The position numbers were made by a program, and so were the translations under genes. The notes under the pieces were generated by a model. That model did not search any database and had not been told where the DNA came from. It was given only the letters and a program-made list of their open reading frames with translations. A stretch of DNA of 64,000 bases from Rebecca billardiae RCC1528 (Eukaryota; Protista; Haptophyta). Below, in pieces: positions 21,203 to 31,728 of the stretch. Where the stretch lies: NCBI GenBank assembly GCA_965240325.2, contig OZ251223.1:3720001-3784000 (forward strand), in the 5' to 3' direction. Positions within the stretch are counted from its first letter, which is position 1, and each line of letters starts with the position of its first letter.

Positions 21203-24200
21203 TCATCGTCCTGGCCCACCCCCTGGCCTCGGACTGCCGGCGCCCGCTCGTCGCGATGCCAGGTCGGCGCGCGCCCCGTCGGCGCCGTAAGCAGCAGCAG
21301 TGGCGGTGCTGTTGCGCGCCGCGCGCGCCAACGCCGCGTCGATCTTGGCGCCGAGGCGCTGCTCGGCGGCGGTCAGCTCGGCGGTGAACGCCTTGGCCTG
21401 TCGCTCGAGCCTGCGCTCGAGCTGCTCGAGCGAAGGGCCCGAGCCGTCCGCGCCGCCGTGCGCTTGGCTGTGCGCGCCGTCCATGGCCTCGAGCCCGGCG
21501 CGCGCGAACGCGCGTGCGCGCTCCGCCTCCTCCGGCCGCACCGGTGCCTCGCCACCGTTGGCGCGCTCCGGCCCTCTCAGCGCACCGGCCGAGCCAGACG
21601 GGCTCCCGACCGGCACGGGCCCGCCGCTGCCGTAGCGCGCCCTGAGATAGGCGTCGGACGGCGGGGGCAGCGAGGGCGCGAGCTGCTTGTACGCTCGCCC
21701 CGCGCCCAGGCCGCGCCGGCGGAAGCACGGCCCGCACGCGCGCAGGCACAGCCCGACCAGCCGCGCGGGCAGGCCGATCAGGTTGAGCGGCGGCGGCGCG
21801 ACGAAGCCCGTCGCCAGCGTCTCCTGCACCAGCCCGGCGCGCGCGTACGCGGCCGCCTCGTCGATGCCCTCGTGGATCACGTCTGAGGAGACACGCGCGC
21901 ACACGCACACGCACACACGCACACGCACACGCACGCACGCACACGCACACGCACACGCACGCATGCACACACGCACACGCACACGCACGCGCACACACGC
22001 ACACACGCGCACACGCACACACACGCGCACACGCACACACGCACACACACGCGCACACGCACACACGCACACACACGCGCACACGCACACACGCACGCGT
22101 GTGCAGGGGGGCAGGGGGCATGGGCTTGGCGCGTGAGGGGAGGCGGGCGAGGCCCGGTGGGCGGCGTCGCGGCGCGCGGCGCCGCCGCGCTCCTGCGCGC
22201 GCACCGAACGTCTTGGCCATCTGCGCGATCAGCAGGTTGAGCAGCAGGCACACGGCGGCAAGGACGAACGCCAGCTGCAGCGCCCACGCCCACAGCCCGT
22301 GCTCGGTCGCGCGGAGGCACTCGAGGTGCGCGGACTCGCCGGCGAGCCACGCCTCGGTCACGAGCTCGAAGGTGGCCCACACGCCCCGGGCGAGCGCGCG
22401 CGGCCCGCGGAGCCCATCCTCGTCAAAGCCGAGCGCCACCGCCGTCGAGTCGCAGTCCTCGGGCGCGCCGTCGAGGCTGAGCGGCGCCGCGGGCGTGTAC
22501 GCGCGCGCGGCGTGGAACATAGCGTGTAGCCCGAGGGCGAAGGCGAGCGCGATCGACGCGCCAAAGGCGACGAGCACGGCGACGTCGATGACCATCCAGA
22601 AGACCTGCGCGCGCGCGGCGGCGCCGGGTGGCGCGCGCGGCTGAGCCCGGCCGGCGCCCGGCGCCTCGCGGCGCCTCGCGGCGCACGGCCGCGCGCGCGC
22701 GCGGCGCGCGCCCGCACCATCAGCATGCGCGGCGCGAGCGTGTGCGAGAGGGCGACCGGCTGGCCGGTGGAGAAGGCGAGGAGGAAGACGCCGTACCCGA
22801 GCGCGCGCCCGCCCCACATCGTCAGCGCGCGCGCGCCCTCCGCCTCCCCAACCATCCCCGCCGCCGCCTCCGCCCGCGAGCCGTCCCGAGCGAGCGCGGC
22901 CGCGCGCCCGTCTGCGAGGCCAGCGCACACGACGGCCGCGAGGTTGAGGAGCACGCCGCCCGCGATGCACATCGACCACGGGTCGCGGAAGTAGTGGCGC
23001 AGCGAGGCGCTCACGCTCGAGCCGGCGGAGGCGAGCACCGTGCGCACGAGCATCTCCGCCTGCGCCAGCGCGAGCGCCACGAGCCACAGCCCGACCAGCA
23101 GCCGCAGCAGCTGCGCGCGCGCCAGCTCCCCCTCCCAGCCCGCAGGCCACCACGCTGCGGGCCAGCCGCGCGGCTCGGCGTGCGCGCGCGCGTCGTCGTC
23201 GGCGCGCAGCAGGGCCCACTCCGCCGCCGAGCGCACCGGCGGCAGCCCGAGGCAGAGCACGCTGAGCGCCACCCTCGACGCCCACCACAGCAGGATGTGC
23301 GCCCACGGGTCCGCCGCCCACAGCAGCCGCAGCCGCAGCGGCGGGTAGTAGCTGCTCGCGCCCGCGCGCCCGATGCCGCCGCCCGGCTGCGCCGGCGGGG
23401 CTCCGGCGCTCGCAGCGCCGGGCGTGCCGCCCGCGCCGCCGGGCGCCGGCGCGCCCGCCCTCGGCGCGCCCGCGCCCCCCTTCCCCCCCGCGCGGCCGAA
23501 CAGCGGCACGCTCAGCGTCAGCCGCCGGTCGAGCCAGCCGAGAGCGTTGGGCGCGCACGCGAGCGCGAGCAGCAGCAGCGGCTGCGCGCACGCGCCCAGC
23601 ACAAAGCCGAGGGAGAGCTGGGCGCGCGTGCGCGCGAGGGAGCGCGTGGCGAGGCTGCGCTCCCACGACTCGCGCGCCGTCCACCGCGCGGGCAGCACGA
23701 GCGCCGGCGCGACGAGCAGCCCGCGGCACAGCGCCCCGAGCGCCGAGCCGCCCCACACACCTCGCAGCTCGAGCAGCGAGCGCGCGCTGAACGCGCTCGT
23801 GTCGGGCGGCGCGGAGAGCCAGGCGTGCGCCTCGCCGAGCCGGCCGCCGAGCGCGTCGGTGTAGTACGCCTGGACCGGCGCCGCCGAGAGCGTCGTCGCG
23901 CAGCCGCTCACGCCCGCCCAGCGCAGCGCGGCCGCGCACGCGCTCAGCTCGACGCGCACGGCCGCCGAGCCGCCGCGCGCGCGCAGCTCGCCGAGCATGC
24001 CCGCGATGGCCTGCTGGCAGATGTGCGCGGCGTGGTCGTACGTGGCGCCGAGCGCGGGCTCGCGCGCGTGCACCTCGTTCCGCAGCTCCGCGCACGCGCC
24101 CACGCACCCGACGAGCGCCGCGCGCACCGCCGCCGCCGGGCTGCGCGCAAACGTGGCGCCGAGCACCTCAGCCAGCTCCGCGCCAAAGCCGGGCTCGCGC

Positions 24201-25096
24201 GCGCGCCCAAACCACGGCGCGAGCAGCCTGTGCGGCGGGAGCTTGGGCGGCTTGGGCGCGCCGCGCGCGCGGTCGGAGGGCGTGTGCACGTACGCCGTCG
24301 CCGCGATCCACAGCAGCGCGCCGTCCCACCCGCCCGTCGGGTTGCCGTCGAGCAGCGGGTAGCGCAGACGCGAGCCGGCCGCGAACGGACCGAGCACGAG
24401 CGAGCGCGCGGCGCGCGACGTGATCCGGTTGCGGCTCAGGTCGACCTCGACGAGGGCGGCGGCGTCGGACGCGCCCGCGCGGAGGAGCGCCTCCGCGCCC
24501 GCGTCGCCGATCGCGTTGTCCTCCAGCGTGAGCTCGCGCAGCCCGTGCCCGCCGGCCGCGGCGCCGTCCCGGCCCGCAGCGGGCGGAGGGCCCTTGTCCG
24601 CAGCCTCTGCGAGCGCGCGCGCGAGGGCGAGAGCGCCGTCGTCGCCGATCTGGCAGTCGCGTAGGATGAGCTCGTGGAGTGGACACGTCGGGGAGCGCAG
24701 CGCCTTCGCCAGCGCCGCGCACCCCGCATCGCCGAGCGGGTTGAACGACGCGTTGAGCACGCGGAGGCACTCGTGCGTCGCGAGCGCCTGCGCGATCGGT
24801 CGGATCGCCTCGGGGCCGAGCTTGTTGCTGAAGACGCCCAGGTACACGAGGTTGGAGTTGGCGCGCATGCCGAGGCCTAGCGCCTCGCCAGCCGCCGCGC
24901 CGGCCAGCTGATTGTTCATCAGGTAGAGCTTCTTGACCACACCGAGCGCGAGCAGCGCGCGCACGCTGTCCGCGTCCGCGTCGCCCAGCTGGAAGCCCCC
25001 AAGGCTGATGTCCTCGTGTGAGCGCAGCTGTGCCACGGTGTACACCCCCTGCGACCTCTTCGCCAGCGCGGCAAGCGCCTCGGAGTCGCGGACCAT
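21203..25096 (-). CDS. TRP-like cation channel with N-terminal RNI-type leucine-rich repeats; exons 25096-22718, 22604-22205, 21882-21203
   Basis: LRRs (LxxLxLxxNxIGDxGA) at the N-terminus, then multiple TM helices. Spliced S6/TRP region reads LLLNLLIAQMAKTF-DVIHE...AYARAGL...PPPLNLI, followed by a coiled-coil-like tail. Both introns (22717-22605, 22204-21883) are GTGCG..CAG and frame-compatible. Confidence 0.78.
21891..22103. repeat. Intronic compound (CA/CG)n alternating purine-pyrimidine microsatellite
   Basis: ~210 bp of ACACGCACACGC.. variants inside intron 2 of the LRR-TRP gene. Confidence 0.92.
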
Positions 25097-25267
25097 GTCC
25101 CTCGCCGGCCGCCCGTTTTGTTCACCGTGCAGCCGTGCTTTCTGCTTTCGAAATTGCAGGGGCGGGGTGCCTGCCCAACTTTCGCTCGGGCCGCGCGTTC
25201 CTGGCCGTTGCGGGCTCGGCTGCTCTAGATCTCCGACCGGGGCGACCGACCCTCCTGCATTGGCACG

Positions 25268-26059
25268 ATGGCGGCCCTGCTCACGACGCGGCCCTTGGCA
25301 GCATTAAAACGCGGGCGATGGGCGACGTGGCGTCACTGCGTCCAGGCGCTTTCGACTCGTCCTGCCTACGATCGCCCGCACTACTGGGACCGGCGGCACG
25401 CGGATGCTCGGCAGCCGTTCGAATGGTACTTCCCGCCTGCCCGCGTCCTGAGCGCTCTTGGAAAGCATCCGGCAGGCTCGTCGTGCCTGGAGGTCGGCTG
25501 CGGGCTGTCGGCTGTGGGCGAAGCCCTGGTGCAGCGCGGCTACGATGTGCAGTGCATCGACTTCTCCTCGGAGGCGATCGCTTACTGGCACAGCGTCCTC
25601 AGCCCAGCGGCCTTGCAGCGCTACCACGTGGCCGACGTCCGTCGTTTGAGTCGCTTCTCTGACTCCACCTTTCATTTTGCAATCGACAAGGGATGCTTGG
25701 ACGCGCTCGCCTTCGGCGACGAGGAGCAGGACGTGCAAGCACAGCTCGGCAAGGCGCTCGGCGAGCTACATCGAGTCTTGCGGCCCGGTGGCGTCCTCTA
25801 CTCCTTCTCGTCCGATCCTCCCGAGCTCCGCGGGGACTTGCTGCGCGCCGCGAGCAGCGCTGGGCCCGGCAGTGTCAGCCCGCAGCCGGCAACCTCGAGT
25901 CAGCAAGGGCCCAGGCGCTGGCGTCTGCGATGGGTCGAGCTTGAGCCGGAATTCGAGGGCGAGGAGGGGTCGCAGGCAGGATCTGCGCGACAGGCGCCGT
26001 CATATTTCATGTACACACTGGTTCGGGGGGAGGCGGATCGCAGTTCGCCTCCATCATGA
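25268..26059 (+). CDS. Class I SAM-dependent methyltransferase (EEF1AKMT4/METTL13-N/CSKMT-like)
   Basis: YWDRRH...PFEWY, LEVGCG (motif I), IDFS, ADVR, IDKGCLDAL and LHRVLRPGG. The Arg-rich N-terminus may be an organellar targeting peptide. Confidence 0.82.
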   Translation: MAALLTTRPLAALKRGRWATWRHCVQALSTRPAYDRPHYWDRRHADARQPFEWYFPPARVLSALGKHPAGSSCLEVGCGLSAVGEALVQRGYDVQCIDFSSEAIAYWHSVLSPAALQRYHVADVRRLSRFSDSTFHFAIDKGCLDALAFGDEEQDVQAQLGKALGELHRVLRPGGVLYSFSSDPPELRGDLLRAASSAGPGSVSPQPATSSQQGPRRWRLRWVELEPEFEGEEGSQAGSARQAPSYFMYTLVRGEADRSSPPS

Positions 26060-26156
26060 TACACAGAGTGACCGGTCCGGTTGCATGCGCTGGGGTTCCG
26101 GACGAACGGGGACGTCCACCTCCGAATGACTGACCGTCTCCGAGAGCTGGAAAGCG

Positions 26157-27683
26157 ATGATGGCGCGCTTCCGCGTGCTGACCGCGCTGGGTCTGTTCGC
26201 GGTCGTGATGGGCTCGTCGCCTGGCGTTCGGCGGCCGCGTGCTTCATGCGCGATCCTATCGCACTCGAGGCGCCGCCTTGCCCACCTCCCTTGCTGCCCT
26301 TCCTCGCGGCAGCCCGTGTTTTTGTCGCGCGCTTCGATGCGCGCCGACGGTGGCCTGCTCAAGGCGACCGCGGGCGTGTGGAAGCTGCTTTCCCAGGCCC
26401 TGCCCGGCGTGATCGGCTCGTTGCTGAGCACACTCTTGCTGAGTGCCTTCGGCACGGCGCTCATCTACGTCTCGGTCTACGTGAACTGGCGGCAGGGCCT
26501 CGTGCGCATGCGGAATCTCCTGTTCCGCTGGCGCAAGCAGCGGCACGAGGAGCCCACCCGCGAGCAGCAGCTGTTCCAGTCTTTCGCGAAGCGCTTCTCG
26601 AGAGATGCGAGCCCCGATGGCTTCGTCTCGCGCCCCGCCGTGGAATCGGCGCTCGCGCGCTACCTCGACCACGGCATCGGGCACTACCTGGTGGTCACCG
26701 GTCCGAGCGGCTCGGGCAAGTCGAGCGAGGTGCGCGCGGCGCTCGAGGGGCGGCAGGGCGTCATCTCGCTCGTGGCGGGGGACACGCTGCGCCTCAAGCC
26801 CGTGTACACGGCGCTCCTCCGGCTCTCGGGCCAGCCCGATGACGTCGAGGAGGACCTCGTGCGGCTGCTGCGCACCGCGCCTCGCACGCTGACGGACGAC
26901 GAGGACGAGGCCGAGGCGCCCAAGGGAGATCCGCAGCGCTCGCGGGAGGACTGGCTCCCGTGCGTGCTGGTCGACCTGCCCGCGGGCACGCCCGTCGCCA
27001 CCCTGCGCGCGGCCGCGCGGCTGGCCAAGCGCGTCGCCGTGGACGAGCGCGTCGCGCGCTGCGTGCTCGTGCTGCGCGAGACCGCGCTGATGCCCGACCT
27101 GCCGTGGGACGACGACCTCGGCTCGCTGCTGTGGGTGGGCGACCTCAAGATGGAGCAGGCGCGCATCCTGCTCGACGCGCGGGAGTGCCTCGTCCCGGGC
27201 TCGAAGGAGGAGGCGGGCATGCTGCGCGAGCGCGTGCTCTCCACGGTGGGGCTGCGCCCCCGCTGCCTGCAGCGCGTGTGCGACGCGGTCGAGGAGGCGC
27301 GGCCCGAGCCGGCCGAGGCGGTGCTGGCGCTGCTGGCGGACCGAGAGGCGGCGGCGCGCGCGGCGGTGAGCAATCTGCTCGCCTCGTCGCAGGACCACTA
27401 CGAGTACACCGTGGGCGTGGCCGCCCTCCGCTTCGAGCGCCTCTTCCGCGACCTGGTGCGCAGCCCGACGCACACGGTCTCCGCAGTCGACGCGCACTAC
27501 ATGTGTGCACCCGACACGGTCGTGGAGCTCCTCGCGCGCCGAGAGCACGGGGCCCTCGTGTACAACCCGGCGTCTCGCGAGTACGCCTTCTCCACGCCTG
27601 CGCACCTCCGAGCAGCCGAGGAGGCTCTCGCTGCGCGGCCCTGGCGCGACTACGAGGACGATCATCTGCGACCTGACACTTGA
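26157..27683 (+). CDS. Membrane-anchored P-loop NTPase (AAA/STAND-like)
   Basis: 508 aa with a signal-like N-terminus, an Arg/Ser-rich segment and a TM helix, then FVSRPAVE, Walker A LVVTGPSGSGKS and a degenerate Walker B (CVLVD). Confidence 0.68.
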   Translation: MMARFRVLTALGLFAVVMGSSPGVRRPRASCAILSHSRRRLAHLPCCPSSRQPVFLSRASMRADGGLLKATAGVWKLLSQALPGVIGSLLSTLLLSAFGTALIYVSVYVNWRQGLVRMRNLLFRWRKQRHEEPTREQQLFQSFAKRFSRDASPDGFVSRPAVESALARYLDHGIGHYLVVTGPSGSGKSSEVRAALEGRQGVISLVAGDTLRLKPVYTALLRLSGQPDDVEEDLVRLLRTAPRTLTDDEDEAEAPKGDPQRSREDWLPCVLVDLPAGTPVATLRAAARLAKRVAVDERVARCVLVLRETALMPDLPWDDDLGSLLWVGDLKMEQARILLDARECLVPGSKEEAGMLRERVLSTVGLRPRCLQRVCDAVEEARPEPAEAVLALLADREAAARAAVSNLLASSQDHYEYTVGVAALRFERLFRDLVRSPTHTVSAVDAHYMCAPDTVVELLARREHGALVYNPASREYAFSTPAHLRAAEEALAARPWRDYEDDHLRPDT

Positions 27684-28113
27684 TGACCTTCTGCGAACCG
27701 CGACCGAGCCGCCGACCGTGTGGCGTGTGACCGTTGAGGCTGGCCAGTCAGCGCTGCCGGCTGCCTGGCCAGTCAGCGCTGCCGGGTGCCCGGCGGGGCC
27801 ACTGAGTGAGCACTGCGCTCACCACCGTGGGGCGTCATGCACCACGCGGGCTGTGACCTTGATGGGCCATGTGAGCCCGACGCCGGCGATGCTTTGAACG
27901 TCGGATTAACGTCGGCTCACGACGCGGTAGCAGGCGGCGGCCGGGCGGCGCAGGTTGCACCGTCGGAGCAGCTTGTGCGTCGTCGCCACTCATCTGAATC
28001 GAACTCGAAATCTCGAGCCGGAATGCGGAATGCCGGATCCCGTGGAACTCCGGATTCGTCCGGCGCCCGAAGCTCCAAAGCCGCCGACTGGAAGGCGCCG
28101 CTCGACCGCCACG

Positions 28114-28884
28114 ATGAGCCAGAACGAGGTGACGACGGGAAAGCCGATCCAGTTTTGCTACCACGCGGGCATCCCTGGTCGCGGGGAGTACGTTCGTATC
28201 GTACTCGAGGACGCCGGCATTCCCTACGTCGATGTGGCGTACGCCAAGGGGGACGGAGGCGCATCCGTGCGGAATGGCTGCTCGGCCTTTGCGCCTGAAC
28301 CTGAGTCACTCACTGTTGCGCGGCCATTCGCTCCGCCGTACATCGTGCTCGAGGACGGTACGGCTCTCTTCCAAACCACCAGCCTGATCATGTACGTTGG
28401 AGAGCTTGCTGGGCTTGTGCCCCCGGATGCGATTGGCCGGGCCAAGGTGAACCAGATGCTCCTGACGATCGCAGATGTGACCAACGAGTGCCACGACACC
28501 CACCACCCGGTCGGCAGTCATCTCTTCTACGAGGATCAGAAGGACGAGGCGAAGAAAAGGGCGGGCGGGTTCTGCAGTGTGCGCATGCCCAAGTTCCTCC
28601 ACTTCTTCGACGAGACCTGCCGCGCCAACGGTGGCGTCTTCTTGCTTGGGCCCGAGTGCAGCGCGGCGGACGTGTGCTTGACACATCTCATGCTTGGCCT
28701 GGAGTACGCTTTCCCTCGTGCATACGCCCGTGCGATCAAGTCGACCCCCACGTTGATCCAGTTGGTGGAGCGTGTAAAGACACGCCCCCGCCTGGCGACC
28801 TATTTGAAGTCCACCCGCCGCCCAAGCTTCAACGAGAATGGCATCTTCCGCAGGTACCCAGAGCTCGACATGAGTGATGAGTGA
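28114..28884 (+). CDS. Glutathione S-transferase
   Basis: GIPGRGEYVRIVLEDAG, PFAPP, LFQTTSL, LTIADVTNECHDTHHP, RMPKFL.FF, SAADV, FNENGIFRRYPELD. ATG at 28114. Confidence 0.92.
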   Translation: MSQNEVTTGKPIQFCYHAGIPGRGEYVRIVLEDAGIPYVDVAYAKGDGGASVRNGCSAFAPEPESLTVARPFAPPYIVLEDGTALFQTTSLIMYVGELAGLVPPDAIGRAKVNQMLLTIADVTNECHDTHHPVGSHLFYEDQKDEAKKRAGGFCSVRMPKFLHFFDETCRANGGVFLLGPECSAADVCLTHLMLGLEYAFPRAYARAIKSTPTLIQLVERVKTRPRLATYLKSTRRPSFNENGIFRRYPELDMSDE

Positions 28885-28890
28885 TCATGA

Positions 28891-29468
28891 CGGAGCGTTG
28901 CGCCAGCTGGACAAACGCGAAGGACCCAAGACCCAGGATCCTTGGACTTGTGGAGGGCCCCGGCGAGACCTGCACTCGGATCGGGGCCCTCTCTCGCTGT
29001 GCCGCTTTCGGCGCACGCCCGGCCGCGCGGCGGGCGACGTGTGTGCACGCCGTGCAGCTCGCGGCGCGTGCGCATTGGCTAGCTGGCACACGTCTCCCGA
29101 CGCACAAGGCGAATGACCGCAGCTGGGATGCCCTTTCGCGCCGCAAGGACGCCTGCGAGATCGGTCGCCGCGGCCGAGCGGCGTGGCCGTGCCGCCTGCA
29201 CGCTGGGCGCCCATGGACGTGGCTTGCCGCGCGCGCTGAGGCTGGCGAGCGTCGCGACCGAGTTCCACGACGCGTGCGACGCGCCATCTGCCCGCTTCCT
29301 TGCCTCTGACGCACGTTTTCTGCGGGCAGCGGCGACTCGCCTGCCCATGCCGCGGCCAAGGGCGCCATCCGCCGCGCTTTGCCGTGGGACAGAGCGCGGA
29401 ACATTTCTTTTTGAAAAGCGCAGATCTGAAAAGACCGGAGAGCGTTTGTCCAGCTGGCGCAACGCCCC
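28891..29468. mobile_element. Candidate MITE (~580 bp), PIF/Harbinger (Tourist)-like
   Basis: TIRs GG(A/G)GCGTTGCGCCAGCTGGACAAACGC at 28892-28918 and inverted at 29442-29468. TGA flanks both sides (28888-28890, 29469-29471). Interior is non-coding. Confidence 0.62.
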
Positions 29469-29536
29469 TGAATGCTGATGCCAGTATATAGTCGTAGCAT
29501 TGCCAGGCTTCGAGTCAGAGTGTAGTCGTGCTATAG

Positions 29537-31542
29537 CTAGTAACGTGGTCTCAGTAGCAGACGAGTGCTGCCATACGGCGGCAGGCGCTGCATTGCGCAC
29601 AGCTCGCTCGGGTCATCGCGCTCGTCGTGGAAGGTGAACCACGCGCCGCCCTTTGGAGGCAGCGCTTTCTCCTCTGCGTCCAGCCGCGCCGCGCACAGGC
29701 AGCACGGAACGTTGGTGGCGTTGTGCCTGGCCAGCTGCTTGAGGAGCTCCCCGACGAGGGCTGGGTGCTCGGGCGCCAGGTCGTGCAGCTCGCGCGGGTC
29801 GGCCTCGACATCGAAGAGCAACACGCTGCTCACGCGCGCGCTCGCATCCCGCTCCGCGCCGCCGGGCACCGGCGCGCACGTGCGCTCCTCGAGGGGTGGC
29901 GCGGCATGACAACACAGCTGGCCGCCGCGAGGCACCGTGCGGCCCTCCTCGCCCGCGCCAGGCCCCGCACCCGGCGGCACGAAGCAGCCGAACGGATCAG
30001 CGCAGGGCGCGCACCAGCCGTTGAAGCCGCCCTTGCGCATGTTGACGAGCAGCTTGTGCTTGCCGACGCGCAAGGCGGCGGGCCCGTGCCCGCCGATGCC
30101 CTCGATATTGTGCAGCAGCTCAGTCCGCGGCGGCGCGCCGAGCTCGGCGCCGGCGCCGCGCAGCGCGGCCCACTGGTCGACGCCGTCGAGCTTGGCGTAC
30201 GCTCGGCCGAGGGCGCGCACGCCGTGCCCGCTCGCCGCGCGCACCAGCGTCGGAAGCCAGTCCGTCACGTGCACCAGGTGCGGGAACGAGGCGCCCCTCG
30301 CGATGCGCCCCGGCGCGACGACCAGCCCGAGCGCGCGCACGCCCCCTTCCCACATGGTCGCCTTGTGCCCGCGGAAGGGCGTGTTGAGGCCCCCGTACCC
30401 GACCCAGCCGCCGTTGTCGCCACTCACGACCAGCACGCTGTTCTGCCACATGCCGTGCGCGCGCAGCGCGCCCGTCACGTTCGCGAGCGCCTCGTCCACG
30501 GCGGACACCATGCCCGCGTAGTTGCGCCGCACCGGGTCGAGGATCTCGAGCTCGTACGGCGCGGAGTAGGCGCGCGGCACCTCGACTGGCTCGTGCACCT
30601 GCGGGGCGCACGGCCGGCGCGGGCGCACCGCCGGGGCCGAGGGCGGCGGTCGCGCAGCATGAGGGCGGCGCGCGAGGAGAGGGCGCGCACGCACGCACCG
30701 CGCGTGCGTGCGTTCGCCGCCCCGCTGCGCGCGCCCGCGGCGCGCACCGCCTGCAGCGCCAGGTAAAGGAAGAGCGGCGGCGGAGGATCGGCCGGCTGAG
30801 AATCGGCTGGCGCAGAGCCGCTCGCTGCGTGCGCGCGGATCAGCTCGGTCGCGCGCCGGGTGAACATGTGCGTCGAGTAGCATGCCTCGGCGGGGCGTGC
30901 GCGTGCGGCAGCGTCGCCCGCTGCGCCATCGGGCCGCGGCGGGATGCAGCCAGGCGCGTCGACGGGCCCTGCCTCCGTGCGAAAGTCCGGGTAGAGGGCG
31001 CCTCCCAGGCCATCCGTGCTGTTCCCGCGCGGCGTGCGCTGCAGCTTGGTGTAGTGCATCTCGCTGCCGGTGAGGAACCCGTAGAAGCTGTCGAAGCCGC
31101 GATTCCACGGGAGGCACGAGCTCTTGAACGCGCCGACGTGCCACTTGCCCACCGCGTGCGTCGCGTACCCAAGCTCGGAGAAGGCGTTGGCCATCGTGGG
31201 GAAGGCCACGGGCAGGCAGACGCGCACGAGGTTGTGGATGATCCCGTCCTGCAGCCCCGTGTGGATCTGGTAGCGCCCGCTGAGAAGCGCAGAGCGTGTT
31301 GGCGTGCAGATGGGTTGCACGTAGTAGCTCGAGAGCCGGACACCCTCGCTCGCAAGAGCATCCAGTGTCGGCGTATTGAGCGAGACCTTACGCCCGAGCT
31401 CTGCCTCGCGCCAGCCGGCATCGAGCGAGCCCCAGTCATCAATCAGCGCGAAGATGACGTGTGGCGCGCGCTCGCTCGCGCGAGTCGTGCAGATGGCGGC
31501 CAACGTCGCGACGAGGCGATGACGCCGGCGCAGCGTGGCCAT
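29537..31542 (-). CDS. Arylsulfatase (family S1, ARSB/ARSI/ARSJ-like), secreted; exons 31542-30748 and 30598-29537
   Basis: PHVIFALIDDWG, formylglycine motif CTPTRSALLSG, VGKWHVG, RGFDSFYG, LYLALQA|VHEP across a phase-0 intron (30747-30599), SGDNGG, RGHK..WEGGVR, HVTDWLPTL. Confidence 0.93.
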
Positions 31543-31728
31543 AGTTGCTGGCACGCGCGGCGGCACGGTTTGGCCGGGGGCGGCCGGCACACGGCGAAGA
31601 CTACTTGCCCGAGTGTGTGCGTCTCTTATTCTTATTAGTAAACTGTACGAACGACGACGCGAAGATGACAATCGCGACATCAATAACGAAAAAGGGTACA
31701 GTAGTATGGGGTGAAGACGACTACATTC

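Noticed and set aside
27742-27786. Short direct repeat GGCCAGTCAGCGCTGCCGG x2 (similar small duplication at 13176-13233)
   Set aside because: Simple local duplications with no further structure.
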